Shown in pieces: positions 30,473 through 40,479 of a stretch of DNA of 64,000 nt. A program made the translations under genes and the position numbers. The notes below the pieces were generated by a model. The model made no database searches, was not told the DNA's origin, and saw nothing but the letters and a program-made list of their open reading frames with translations. The DNA comes from Oligoflexales bacterium (lineage in GTDB: Bacteria > Bdellovibrionota_B > Oligoflexia > Oligoflexales > JAPPIL01): NCBI GenBank assembly GCA_965215515.1, contig OZ244057.1:160001-224000 (forward strand), given 5' to 3'. How positions within the stretch are numbered: position 1 is the first letter of the stretch; the number at the start of each line of letters is the position of its first letter.

Positions 30473-30502
30473 TTGACAGGCTAATCGCACTCCTGCTACG
30501 GT
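30473..30502 (+). promoter_or_regulatory. Possible sigma-70 promoter for phoD
   Basis: TTGACA-N18-TACGGT with extended -10 TG. Confidence 0.35.
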
Positions 30503-30530
30503 GAGGCTGTTTGCTACGGCGAGGGTTTTT

Positions 30531-31862
30531 ATGCCAGCGTACTGGTGTCGTTTTTCTCTCTTCTCGCTTGCCCTAGTGCTGATCGTCTCCTTCCTGATGA
30601 TGCAGCAATCGTCGTCGGAGCGCCGATCCCCATCACGGCTCGCCATCATGCAGGGTGTGACGGGTAACGACTACACACAGGTGCTGGTGCTGACGCAGGG
30701 AGAGGACGGCTACCGCTTCGTGCTGAGCGCTGCACGCCGTGCAGAATCGTCCCCCGCGACCATCGCAGTTAGCAAGTACGCTACTTCGGCGTGGCGGGTG
30801 CAGCGGGTGGTGTTTAAAAATCTCACGCCGCATACAGTGTACAACTTGCGTGTCTATCGGCATGACAAGCTGCTCGACCAGCGGCGTTTGCGCACTCTAA
30901 ATCCACAACAGAAGAAGCTGCGTTTGGCGTTCGCTTCGTGCATGAATGACCATACGCCGCAGGGCGATATCTGGCGGCAGATGCTAGCTTTGCGCCCTGA
31001 CGTTGTTTTTTTGATCGGCGACAATGTCTATGCCGACCGTTATATCAAAGGCATCAAGTATGGCACAAAAACTCAGCAGGTAGTGGCTACCCCTGCTGAG
31101 TTGTGGCGCAGAAATGTCGAAACACGTAACTATATCGAGCTGTTCAAAAGCGACGAGCTTGTGCCCGTGGTCGCAACTTGGGATGATCATGATTTTGGCA
31201 TCAACAACGGCGGGCGCGATTATCCCTACAAGAAAGAGGCACTAGCGACCTTCAATGCCTTTTTTGCCAGCCAGCCGAGCGCACATTATCAGCGGGCAGG
31301 TCTGGGCACGGCGGCTATGTTCACCATGTACGGGTTCAGTTTTTTTCTGCTCGACAATCGCAGCTACCGTGTAGTCGATAAAGGAGCGGCTGAACAGGAG
31401 CACTATGGCCGTGCCCAGCTCCAATGGCTGTGGAGTAATCTTGCGGACAAGGGCTACGCCTTGTTGGTCGGCGGCGACCAGTTTTTCGGTGGCTATCATC
31501 GCTTCGAGTCGTTTGAGGGTAATCACCGTGATGCCTTCGCACGTTTTCTGGCTAAACTAAAAACACTGACTACCAAAGTGGCTTTTCTCTCTGGCGATCG
31601 GCATGTCACTGAAGTTATGCGTATTCCTGCCACCCTGCTCGGTTACCAGACCTATGAGTTTACCTCCAGTCCCATCCATGCCGATCTCTACCCTGGCAAT
31701 TGGGACAAGATACCTAACGCACGGCAAGTCGCCAGCCATGATATGCGGCACAACTTCATGCTCCTTGCACTTACCCGTCTCGCCGACGGTCTGCGCATAC
31801 AAGCGTCATCCTATACCAAAGGGGGTAAACTTTTATTTAGCGGCGATTACACAGTACGTTGA
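30531..31862 (+). CDS. PhoD-family alkaline phosphatase
   Basis: AFASC, IGDNVYAD, WDDHD, LDNRSYR, SGDRH. Confidence 0.9.
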   Translation: MPAYWCRFSLFSLALVLIVSFLMMQQSSSERRSPSRLAIMQGVTGNDYTQVLVLTQGEDGYRFVLSAARRAESSPATIAVSKYATSAWRVQRVVFKNLTPHTVYNLRVYRHDKLLDQRRLRTLNPQQKKLRLAFASCMNDHTPQGDIWRQMLALRPDVVFLIGDNVYADRYIKGIKYGTKTQQVVATPAELWRRNVETRNYIELFKSDELVPVVATWDDHDFGINNGGRDYPYKKEALATFNAFFASQPSAHYQRAGLGTAAMFTMYGFSFFLLDNRSYRVVDKGAAEQEHYGRAQLQWLWSNLADKGYALLVGGDQFFGGYHRFESFEGNHRDAFARFLAKLKTLTTKVAFLSGDRHVTEVMRIPATLLGYQTYEFTSSPIHADLYPGNWDKIPNARQVASHDMRHNFMLLALTRLADGLRIQASSYTKGGKLLFSGDYTVR

Positions 31863-31963
31863 AAACTGCTTTGCCTAGCTTATCCCTGATTTTTTGACGG
31901 CATCGCGTTTTGTCAGTAGGATGAGGCCGACGAGCAGTAGCGGGCTATATCGAGGAGCAAAAG

Positions 31964-32803
31964 ATGCGGACGGGCGTTATCGGCAGCGGACAGATGGGTA
32001 GCGGTATCGCGCAGGTGTGTGCTGCACAGGGGCTTGCGGTTTACCTGTGTGATCGCGACACAGGCCAACTGGACAAGGCGAAGACGAACATCGCCCGCTC
32101 GCTACAAAAATTACGCAGCAAGAAAGCTATCACCGCTGACACCGAACAGAATGCCTTGCGCAACATCACTTATGCCACCGATGACCAGGGGCTAGCACAG
32201 TGTGAGCTGATTATTGAGGCAGTTTCCGAAAATGAGGCCCTGAAAAAGAGCATCTTTACCCGCCTCGACCAACTCGCTCCACCCGCCACCATCTTCGCCT
32301 CCAACACCTCATCCATTCCCATCACCCGCCTCGCGGCCTGCACGCGGCGGCACGGTCAGGTTATCGGCCTGCATTTCATGAACCCTGTGCCATTAATGCG
32401 TTTGGTAGAGATTATCCCTACCACGGCTACCAGCAAAGCTACCCTCGCCAAGATGAAAACACTGGTCAGCACCCTCGGCAAAGAAAGTGTGATTAGCCAA
32501 GACTACGCAGGATTTATCGTCAACCGCATCCTGATGCCGATGATCAACGAAGCTTTCCACGCGCTGCGCAACGGTATTGCCAGTGCTGAAGATATCGACA
32601 AAGGCATGCAACTCGGCACGAACCAGCCGCTCGGGCCTCTCGCTCTCGCCGACCTGATCGGTCTCGATACTTGCCAAGCCATTCTACACACTATGTGGTG
32701 TGATCTCGGCGACCAGAAGTACCACCCCTCGCCGCTGCTGAGCAAGTACGTCGAAGCTGGGCAACTAGGTCGTAAAACAGGACGAGGGGTGTTTTCTTAT
32801 TGA
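31964..32803 (+). CDS. hbd: 3-hydroxybutyryl-CoA dehydrogenase
   Basis: GSGQMGSGIA, ASNTSS, HFMNPVP, GFIVNR, DLIGLD. Confidence 0.93.
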   Translation: MRTGVIGSGQMGSGIAQVCAAQGLAVYLCDRDTGQLDKAKTNIARSLQKLRSKKAITADTEQNALRNITYATDDQGLAQCELIIEAVSENEALKKSIFTRLDQLAPPATIFASNTSSIPITRLAACTRRHGQVIGLHFMNPVPLMRLVEIIPTTATSKATLAKMKTLVSTLGKESVISQDYAGFIVNRILMPMINEAFHALRNGIASAEDIDKGMQLGTNQPLGPLALADLIGLDTCQAILHTMWCDLGDQKYHPSPLLSKYVEAGQLGRKTGRGVFSY

Positions 32804-32827
32804 TTTTCCTAAATCTCTCGCCACTGT

Positions 32828-33088
32828 CTACTTCGTATAATTTGCCGCTGACTTGTCAGCGGTGCTCGGTAGCGGCGTTTTTTCCAGCAGATAACGCCAG
32901 TAGGCCACCTCTGCCCGTGCCCGTGACTTGAACAGAGTCGTCCTTGCCTGTCGGGGCGAGTCGGCAGTGGCGGCAAAGATAGCCTCGACACGATATCCTC
33001 CTTCTGCTAGTTTCTCCCAGCGTACACTGCTCGCCAACGCCAGTAGCACGGTGATGAAAGTATGCGCGGCTGCGAGGTACTTGCCCAT
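32828..33088 (-). CDS. Small hypothetical exported protein
   Basis: SD GGAGAGGG; hydrophobic N-terminus; fills the intergenic gap. Confidence 0.5.
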   Translation of the reverse strand: MGKYLAAAHTFITVLLALASSVRWEKLAEGGYRVEAIFAATADSPRQARTTLFKSRARAEVAYWRYLLEKTPLPSTADKSAANYTK

Positions 33089-33143
33089 GCCGTCCCTCTC
33101 CTTGCTTGAGGTTCTCGGTTGATCAGGGCGCGTTGCTTACTTT

Positions 33144-33914
33144 TTGTTGTTGGGGGGTAAAGAGCTGTTCGCAAAAAAAAATAAAAAACCTAAACCAGCG
33201 TTTTTTAGTTTTGAAAATATCAAATCACTGCTGATCCTGGTGCTGATTATCTTCGCCATCCGCTGGTCAGTTGCTTCCCCCTACCACGTCCCCACACCAT
33301 CCATGGAGCCGACCATCAAGGTGGGCGACCGCCTCCTAGCCTTCAAACTGTCCTACAATCTGAAAATTCCCTTCACCGACATTGCCCTCTTCACCTGGAG
33401 CGAGCCACAGCGAGGTGACATCATCGTTTTTCGCTACCCAGCCGACCCCGATATAGATTATGTGAAACGAGTGGTGGCGGTGGGAGGCGACCGTATTCGG
33501 GTGCGAGACGGCTATGTATATCTCAACGGCAAGAAACGCCCGCGGCAAGACCACAACTTCGACCGTCGTATTCTCGCAGACATCTACGACAGCAAAGAAG
33601 ACAAACTGCTGTTTCGAGAAGGTGATGCCGATAACCAACATTGGGTAATGTTTAACCGCTTCCCCCACTACGGCACGGCACAGTACGATAACTGGCCCAG
33701 GAGCAGTGACTACTACGAGGTGCCGCCCCACTCGGTGTTCGTGATGGGCGACAACCGCCACAACTCAACCGACTCCCGTGAATGGCGCGAAGTGCCGCTT
33801 TCCTACGTCAAGGGGAAAGCACTGTTCGTCCTGTGGAGTGTGCACACCCCCGCGGGAGGTGCATGGTATGATTTCAGCTTCCGCTTCTACCGTTTCGGTG
33901 CCGCGCTGCATTAG
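33144..33914 (+). CDS. lepB: Signal peptidase I
   Basis: PSMEPT, YVKRV, MGDNRHNSTDSR. Confidence 0.95.
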   Translation: MLLGGKELFAKKNKKPKPAFFSFENIKSLLILVLIIFAIRWSVASPYHVPTPSMEPTIKVGDRLLAFKLSYNLKIPFTDIALFTWSEPQRGDIIVFRYPADPDIDYVKRVVAVGGDRIRVRDGYVYLNGKKRPRQDHNFDRRILADIYDSKEDKLLFREGDADNQHWVMFNRFPHYGTAQYDNWPRSSDYYEVPPHSVFVMGDNRHNSTDSREWREVPLSYVKGKALFVLWSVHTPAGGAWYDFSFRFYRFGAALH

Positions 33915-36193
33915 TGCACCGTTTGCCAACGGTCGTGCATCTGAGTAGCGATGTGTGTCTCGCGACGAGCCAGAAAACGGTAGATAAGGTAGTTGCGATA
34001 GACACGCATGACGTAGTGTTTGGTTTCTCCGAAGGGGATGAGTTCAATCCACAGCAAGGGATTGGGATGGGCACGGCGTTGCAACCACAGGTCGACGACT
34101 TCTTCGCCTGCGTTATAAGCCGCGAAAACCGCAGGTAAATTATCTCGGTAGCGCTCGCTCAAATGTCGTAGCAGCAGTGCCCCCAGTTTGACGTTGGTGG
34201 CAGGTTCGAATAACCGCTGTTCCACGTCGTCGATCGCTAACTGGTGGGTAGCAACGATGTTACGTGCGGTGGACGGGATTATTTGCATCAAGCCACGTGC
34301 GTCGGCACGGCTGCGCGCCCGCGGTCGGAAAGCGGATTCCTGCCGTGCTACCGCAAGCAGTAGTTCTGGAGCAAGATTGACTCGAAAGGCTTCTTTCCCA
34401 AACAGATGCATGTACGGCTGCGGCTGGGGAAAGTAGATCAACAGCTGCTCTGGTCGTGTGTGCCAATACGACGGTCGGCGCTCAGCAGCCTCGCTGATCA
34501 GGTTGATGCTGCGGGTATAACGGTGGGAAGCGAAGTAAAGCCTTGTCAGGTATAGATGTAAATCGTGCGGGTACACCCGTGCAGTCTGTGCCAGGCGTTT
34601 TTCTAGTTCTCGTAGTTCTACCTGTGCCAAGTTGAACAGTCGTGCGGCGATAAAGATCTCGGCACGTAGCAACGGACGCGCAAACTCACGTTGGCGATGG
34701 TAGCGGCGCAGGTCGATACCCTGGTGTGCGGTGATAGCACGCTGTAAATTAGTACGACGATACTTTTCATACCAAGGCAAGTGCTGTGCTAGATGCGTAG
34801 CTGCGTGCACCGTGTAGTAAGAAAGAGGAAATTCTTCCCCCAACTCGTGCAGATATGCTTGTGCGCTACGTTCCGTCACCTGTGTGTGACTCCGTGTGGC
34901 GGTCATTGCCAGCCAAAACAACAGCCTTGGCTTGATAACCGAGTCGGGGAAACGTGCCATACTTTCTTGCCAAAAATGTGCCGCCTGTTGCCAATTCTCG
35001 AGCAAATAGTGGTAAAGACCGCTGTACCACAGGAAACGTTCTCGCCAGTCGTGGTGGAGGTCATGTTGTAAAGCTGACTTGCTCCACGCCAGTGCCTGAA
35101 GGTAATCCCTGCGTTCCGCGGCGATGCGAAAGGCAAGAATATGGTAGGCCTCGGCAACAAACGCCAGGAAGGTGTGTCGTGCTTTTCCTTCGGCAAGTGC
35201 TGCTTCTGCCTCCTGCAGCGATTGTTTTGCCAGTAGCGTCGCTTGTGCGTAAGTGCCGCGCAGTGTTTCGTAACGTGCCGCCCACAACAGATCGTTGATC
35301 TTGCGAGCTAGCAATGCGGTGGGAGTTATCCTGAGCGCACGGGAATCGATGTAGTCACGCTGCTGCCAAAGAAGGGCAAGATCACGATAAGAGTTGGCAA
35401 GCCACAAACGACTCTTGCCCAACTTGCGTCCTAACGTGACCACGTCAGAAGCTGCCGTCAGTGCTAACTGCGGATAAATGTTGGTTGTAGTGGCATAGTG
35501 CAGGTAGCGACGATAATGGCTGAGCGCCTCCTGGGCATCGCTACGACAGGCAGAAACCAACCCTTGCCAGTAGACCTTGATCTCGTGGGTAAACGACGCT
35601 AACAGCGTATCCCACTGCGCAGTTGGTTTTTGTGCACGACAATAGCGTTCGGCACTCAGCTCAAGAGTGGGGTCTTCCTGCATCAGCTGCAACAGGTTGG
35701 GAGGTAACGGGGTGCTAGCCTCATGAGGCTTGGCAAGACGCGTCGCGAGATGTTTGGCGATCGCGGCGACGACACGTTTGCCGCGGTAATTAAGTTGCGT
35801 TTGTACCTGCTCGACAAAAAATGCCAACGGCATCGGCTGTGCTTGCTGGTCGGCCAACAGCGTCAAGTAACGAGCGAAGACATGCTGTTGAAATTCCCCC
35901 GTAGCTTGTCTAAAAGCCGCCCGCATCTGTGCCCGCGCGGTGCTCGCATCGCCCTGTGCCACGAGCTGTTCCGCAGCGGTGAACGACACCGCGTCGCTGA
36001 CCGTGGCACGAAAGTGTGGGTAGCGTCGGAGGTAGAGTTGTAGCCTCGCATGTGTGCTAGGCTCGTCGTGCTCGACAGCAGCCTCAACTCTGATGATGTC
36101 GATTGTCGGAGGCTGAAGGTGGTGATAACACGCAGCTAGCGGCACGACACCTACGAGCAGGGCAAAAAAAGACCTCAAAACATCACTCATCAT
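33911..36193 (-). CDS. Slt-family lytic transglycosylase (lipoprotein with TPR-like N-terminus)
   Basis: LAAC lipobox; RQESAF, GLMQII, AAYNAG, IPFGETKHYV. Confidence 0.92.
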   Translation of the reverse strand: MMSDVLRSFFALLVGVVPLAACYHHLQPPTIDIIRVEAAVEHDEPSTHARLQLYLRRYPHFRATVSDAVSFTAAEQLVAQGDASTARAQMRAAFRQATGEFQQHVFARYLTLLADQQAQPMPLAFFVEQVQTQLNYRGKRVVAAIAKHLATRLAKPHEASTPLPPNLLQLMQEDPTLELSAERYCRAQKPTAQWDTLLASFTHEIKVYWQGLVSACRSDAQEALSHYRRYLHYATTTNIYPQLALTAASDVVTLGRKLGKSRLWLANSYRDLALLWQQRDYIDSRALRITPTALLARKINDLLWAARYETLRGTYAQATLLAKQSLQEAEAALAEGKARHTFLAFVAEAYHILAFRIAAERRDYLQALAWSKSALQHDLHHDWRERFLWYSGLYHYLLENWQQAAHFWQESMARFPDSVIKPRLLFWLAMTATRSHTQVTERSAQAYLHELGEEFPLSYYTVHAATHLAQHLPWYEKYRRTNLQRAITAHQGIDLRRYHRQREFARPLLRAEIFIAARLFNLAQVELRELEKRLAQTARVYPHDLHLYLTRLYFASHRYTRSINLISEAAERRPSYWHTRPEQLLIYFPQPQPYMHLFGKEAFRVNLAPELLLAVARQESAFRPRARSRADARGLMQIIPSTARNIVATHQLAIDDVEQRLFEPATNVKLGALLLRHLSERYRDNLPAVFAAYNAGEEVVDLWLQRRAHPNPLLWIELIPFGETKHYVMRVYRNYLIYRFLARRETHIATQMHDRWQTVH

Positions 36194-36381
36194 TAATTTA
36201 TGCTGTAACTATAGATAGTAACAGAATTACGCGTGAAGAACCAGTGCCCCACACCCCTTTTCTTGATCGCTTCGTCGTTGAGGTGGAGGTTTTTGTCGAG
36301 ATAGCTATCATCATAGGAAACCACTTCTGCCGCTTGCACAGTGTCTATACTGAAAAAAGAGGAGCGACTATGCCCCTGCAC
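36193..36381 (-). CDS. Small hypothetical protein
   Basis: 62 aa; stop overlaps the transglycosylase start; G9 tract at the start. Confidence 0.35.
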   Translation of the reverse strand: MQGHSRSSFFSIDTVQAAEVVSYDDSYLDKNLHLNDEAIKKRGVGHWFFTRNSVTIYSYSIN

Positions 36382-36407
36382 CCCCCCCCTCTGGCGCAGC
36401 GCCCAGC

Positions 36408-37382
36408 TCAGGGCAGTTTATTTTTCAGGGCGTGGTATTCGGCGACGGTATTGTGCACGATGTCGGCGATGCGCTGCACCTTTGTAATCGCTCCGACACC
36501 TTGCCCCGCGGCGAAGACGGTGCGGTAGGAAATGTTCGATGTACTGCGACCTGCATAGAGAGCACGGTGGACGCGGCAGAGAGCCAGCAAGCGCTGTAGT
36601 TTGGGGTGGCGGGTGGCGATAATTTCCAGCAAACTCGGCGCAATGCCGTGTGTGATCAGTGTCTCGGTCTTGATAAAATTGCCAGGGTAGCCATCGACGC
36701 GTGCGGTGTTGACGATGTCTTCCGCTGAGGCTTGGAAGATGGCGTGCTGGTAGGCGGTGCTGACCTCCGCCTCTTCGCTGGCAATGAAGCGTGTTCCCAC
36801 GTACACTCCCGCGGCACCGAGTGCTAATGCCGCCAGCAGCCCGCGGCCATCGACGATGCAGCCCGCGGCCAACACGGGTCGTTCGCTCAGGGCGGTCAGT
36901 GCGGGTAGCAGGGCGAAGGTGGCGATATTACCGCCGTGACCGCCTGCGCCGCTAGCCACGGCAACCAGCCCGTCCGCCCCTGCGTCGAGGGCTTTGCGGG
37001 CATGACGTAAATTGATTACATCGCAGAAGACACGTCCACCCGCGGCATGTGTTTTTTTGATAACTGCGGTCGGGTCACCTAGCGATGCGATGATCAACGG
37101 CACGCGCTGGACAAGTGCGGTGTCGAGTTGGGCATCGAGTTGCGAATTGCCTTTGATAATTAAGTTTACACCGAAGGCGGGACAGTCGCTGAGTTGTTGC
37201 ACTGCCGTCGCAAAACTTGTCACAGGCCTGTAGTTGAGGGCGGGAAACGCCCCCATGATCCCCGCCTCACTTGCTGCCCGCACCATGCGGATGTTGCTGA
37301 CCAAAAACATCGGAGCACAGACCAGGGGGTAGCGCAAACCGAACATAGCGGTGAAGGTAGTCTCTACCGTGGCGGGTTTCAT
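36408..37382 (-). CDS. Nitronate monooxygenase/FabK-like flavin enzyme
   Basis: APMFLVS, GAGGHGG, LALGAAGVYVGTRF. Confidence 0.9.
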   Translation of the reverse strand: MKPATVETTFTAMFGLRYPLVCAPMFLVSNIRMVRAASEAGIMGAFPALNYRPVTSFATAVQQLSDCPAFGVNLIIKGNSQLDAQLDTALVQRVPLIIASLGDPTAVIKKTHAAGGRVFCDVINLRHARKALDAGADGLVAVASGAGGHGGNIATFALLPALTALSERPVLAAGCIVDGRGLLAALALGAAGVYVGTRFIASEEAEVSTAYQHAIFQASAEDIVNTARVDGYPGNFIKTETLITHGIAPSLLEIIATRHPKLQRLLALCRVHRALYAGRSTSNISYRTVFAAGQGVGAITKVQRIADIVHNTVAEYHALKNKLP

Positions 37383-38023
37383 CGTTGCCTCAGCTGTGTG
37401 TCATGCCAGGCCTCGATCGTGCGGGGATTACCCGACAACAGCGGGGCGGGCACCAGCAGACCCTCGAAGACACGCGGCCGTGTGTAGAGAGGCATGTGTC
37501 GACGGGCGTTGTGGCACGCATCGTTGAGGGCACTGCCCTGATTACCGAGCACGCCAGGGATAAGACGTAGGATCGAATCGACCATCAGCAGGGCAGGCAA
37601 TTCACCTCCCGCAACGACGAAGTTGCCCACTGCATAGCTGGCATCGACAAAATTGTCCACCACGCGCTGATCGACACCGCTGAAACGCCCGCAGATGAAT
37701 AACAGGGCATGCGTGTTGTGCGCGTAGCGCTGCGCGAGACGGTAGTCCCACTGTTTACCGCGGGGACTAGTCAGGATAACCTCGACTTTTTCGGGCACAG
37801 CACGCATCGCTCGCACAATCGGCTCGATGCGCAACACCGCGCCCTCTCCACCCCCGTAAGGACGGTCATCGACCGAGCCGCGGCGATCGACGGCAAAGTC
37901 ACGCAGATTGATGGCTTCGATGGCGGCAAGACCTTTGTCAGTTGCGGCTTTGAACACCCCACAACCGTTGTAAGCTTCCACTATGCGAGGATGCACGGTG
38001 AGCAGATAAAAGGTACGGGTCAC
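37379..38023 (-). CDS. trmD: tRNA (guanine-N1)-methyltransferase
   Basis: [33 protein letters not shown]. Confidence 0.93.
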   Translation of the reverse strand: MTRTFYLLTVHPRIVEAYNGCGVFKAATDKGLAAIEAINLRDFAVDRRGSVDDRPYGGGEGAVLRIEPIVRAMRAVPEKVEVILTSPRGKQWDYRLAQRYAHNTHALLFICGRFSGVDQRVVDNFVDASYAVGNFVVAGGELPALLMVDSILRLIPGVLGNQGSALNDACHNARRHMPLYTRPRVFEGLLVPAPLLSGNPRTIEAWHDTQLRQR

Positions 38024-38379
38024 GTCGGGGTAGTTTCAGTTTCGTCTTCTGGCAGGGTGGGTATCTCCGCTGCAGGGGGTGCGGAAGTGTCTTGTGCTTC
38101 CTCCGACGCGGTAGCTTCTGTCGCGGCGGTACGAGACAAGGCAATCTGTTTGATACGGGTCAGGTTGCGCACCGCGGGGGAGATTTGCGCACCATTACGG
38201 TAGTAATGCTGCAATCTCGGTGCGTCAATCTCGATCACGGACGGGTCTGGGTTGGGATCGTAATAGCCCAGCTTCTCCTTGAAACGCCCGTCTCGTGGGC
38301 TTCTGATGTCGGCGGCGACGATGTGGTAGAAGGGACGGGACTTGCGTCCATGCCGTTGTAGCCTAAGTGTCAGAGTCAT
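38020..38379 (-). CDS. rpsP: 30S ribosomal protein S16
   Basis: [26 protein letters not shown]. Confidence 0.97.
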   Translation of the reverse strand: MTLTLRLQRHGRKSRPFYHIVAADIRSPRDGRFKEKLGYYDPNPDPSVIEIDAPRLQHYYRNGAQISPAVRNLTRIKQIALSRTAATEATASEEAQDTSAPPAAEIPTLPEDETETTPT

Positions 38380-38466
38380 CGCATGATTCCTGTGTGCGTA
38401 GCTAACCGTCCAGCGTGGCGATTAAACAAGCAATTGTCTGCGAAAGCAAGAAAATTTTGCATACCT

Positions 38467-39273
38467 TCACCATTTAACGAGGGGAGGTAAGGAGACAAGG
38501 ATGGCTTCGACATCACCACCGCTCTGCAGGCCGAAGTGTGTGCCGCGATCGTAGACGAGGTTGAATTCGACGTAACGGCCGCGCCAACGCAGTTGTCCCT
38601 CACGTTGTGTGTTGTTATAGGGCGTGTCCTTGCGCCGCAGGAGGATATGGGGGTAGATCTCGGCGTAGGCGAAGGCGATGTTACGCACGAAAGCGAGCAA
38701 GCGCCCGAAGTCACCGCTGAGGTAGTCGAAGAACACACCTCCGATACCACGTGGTGAGTTGCGGTGCTTGATGAAGAAGTATTTATCGCACCAGCGGGAG
38801 AATTTTGTGTACGTTCCCGCCTCGTGTGCGTCGCAAACCTTTTGCAGGCAGGCGTGGAAGTCGCGACGGTCTTCGTCGTAGACGATGAAAGGGGTGAGGT
38901 CAGCTCCGCCGCCGAACCAAAACTGGTCGCCGACTTCCAGCAAACGTACATTCATGTGCCCGATGGGGGCGTGTGGATTGCGCATATGGCAGATGGTAGA
39001 CACGCCCGTCGCGAAGAAGGGTTTGTCGCGGTGCTCGCCTTCGAGCTGTGGGTAACGGTCACCCTTAACCCGTGAGCAGTTAACCCCCGCCTTCTCGACT
39101 ACCGCGCCTCGAATGACCAGACTTGTGCCTCCGCCCGCGCCCGCGGGTTGTTTCTGCCAACGACGCGGAACGGCACGAGCCTCGCCGTCACTCGCTTCCA
39201 AGCGGGAGACGAGTGTCGTCTGCACCTCGCTAAACAACTGGTATGCTTGGTCTTTTTGCGCTTCCGTCAACAT
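38467..39273 (-). CDS. hemF: Oxygen-dependent coproporphyrinogen III oxidase
   Basis: EKAGVN, HMNVR, WFGGGADLTP, RGRYVEFNLVYDRGT. Confidence 0.95.
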   Translation of the reverse strand: MLTEAQKDQAYQLFSEVQTTLVSRLEASDGEARAVPRRWQKQPAGAGGGTSLVIRGAVVEKAGVNCSRVKGDRYPQLEGEHRDKPFFATGVSTICHMRNPHAPIGHMNVRLLEVGDQFWFGGGADLTPFIVYDEDRRDFHACLQKVCDAHEAGTYTKFSRWCDKYFFIKHRNSPRGIGGVFFDYLSGDFGRLLAFVRNIAFAYAEIYPHILLRRKDTPYNNTQREGQLRWRGRYVEFNLVYDRGTHFGLQSGGDVEAILVSLPPLVKW

Positions 39274-39439
39274 GCTGGCGTATTCTAAACCAGCGGTGTG
39301 TGCTTTGGCAAATTTTTTGTTTGCCTGAACGGGGTACGTGATGCACACACGGCAGAGAGTTAAAAATATGCTGCACTTTCGTTGTACAAGTGTTAGACGC
39401 GTGGGGATGACGTTTCGTTGTCGATTGTTGGAGTTTGCT

Positions 39440-40402
39440 ATGGTGAGGATTTTATCATTCCTAGTGGTTACTTATGTGGCACAGACAAGTCTGGCATTAC
39501 CCTCCGTGCCGCATCCGTTGAGGGCTAGCAAGGTGGAGCGGGCTATGGTTGCACTGCTGACTGCCACAGAAAAAAAGTCAAGTTTGCTCAGCATGCTCGC
39601 GCTCGCTAGGGGAGGGGATTTACCCGCGGTGATCGGAGATGTGTTTGAGTTTGAACATCTTAGCATGAATGGGGAGGACATAGGTTATGCGAGAAGTGTA
39701 AATGATATCCGTGTGTTAAATTATCTTGAGGAGGCTTCGTTTGCGGAGCTGGACGGAATAATCTCACTGTTAGGTGTTGAGGTGGAGAGGGTACTACCTC
39801 AGATCGGCAGTTTGACGGAGGAGGAGTTTAATCGCCATGTGAATGTGGTCAGGGCTGTGGTGCACCTGTCTGCTGGAGGTTATGCAGGTGTTATCAGTGG
39901 CTTCCAGGTACTCTACGCCGAGGAAAAACTCGCCGAGATGCACAAGATCTCTCTCGCCGTGTGGGAAAAACACTACCGTGCTTTCAGTGATGCACAGCTG
40001 AAAGATGAATTATTTGCGATGTTCGTGTTGAGGGAAGGAGTGTGGAAAGAAAAGGCTGCTAAGATGGCAAAGATGGCGGAAGTTGGTATGCCAAAAGCTG
40101 AGGAGTGGTCAGAGCGGTTAAAAGCGAGGATCAAGCTTGCGGGGGCGGAGACCGCAGAGTTGTTGTACAAGTTACATTCGGCCTCAGGTGAGCGGGGAGA
40201 AATTATTGCCCATCTCGCACGCAAAAGAGTGCCGCCTGGTATTTTTCTTGCCGTTAGGTTTGATGACGCGATCGAGACAAAAAATCTTACCGCGGTGGAA
40301 GAAATCAACCTGGTGGAGAACATTTTACTCTCCGTGCATGGATTGAACCCAGGCGAGTTGCGTTATCTTGACAGACAACTAAAGCTGGCCGCCCACAAAT
40401 GA
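39440..40402 (+). CDS. Hypothetical exported helical protein
   Basis: Signal-like MVRILSFLVVTYVAQTSLA; long ORF; no recognised motif. Confidence 0.65.
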   Translation: MVRILSFLVVTYVAQTSLALPSVPHPLRASKVERAMVALLTATEKKSSLLSMLALARGGDLPAVIGDVFEFEHLSMNGEDIGYARSVNDIRVLNYLEEASFAELDGIISLLGVEVERVLPQIGSLTEEEFNRHVNVVRAVVHLSAGGYAGVISGFQVLYAEEKLAEMHKISLAVWEKHYRAFSDAQLKDELFAMFVLREGVWKEKAAKMAKMAEVGMPKAEEWSERLKARIKLAGAETAELLYKLHSASGERGEIIAHLARKRVPPGIFLAVRFDDAIETKNLTAVEEINLVENILLSVHGLNPGELRYLDRQLKLAAHK

Positions 40403-40442
40403 AATGATAATAAATTTACAATTATGGCGCGATTTTTATTAG

Positions 40443-40461
40443 TTTTTGCGGGGTATCTACA
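40443..40461 (-). repeat. Dispersed motif copy 3 (TGTAGATACCCCGCAAAAA on minus)
   Basis: Matches copies 1 and 2 including the CGCAAAAA tail. Confidence 0.6.
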
Positions 40462-40479
40462 GGGGGATGGGGAGACGGG

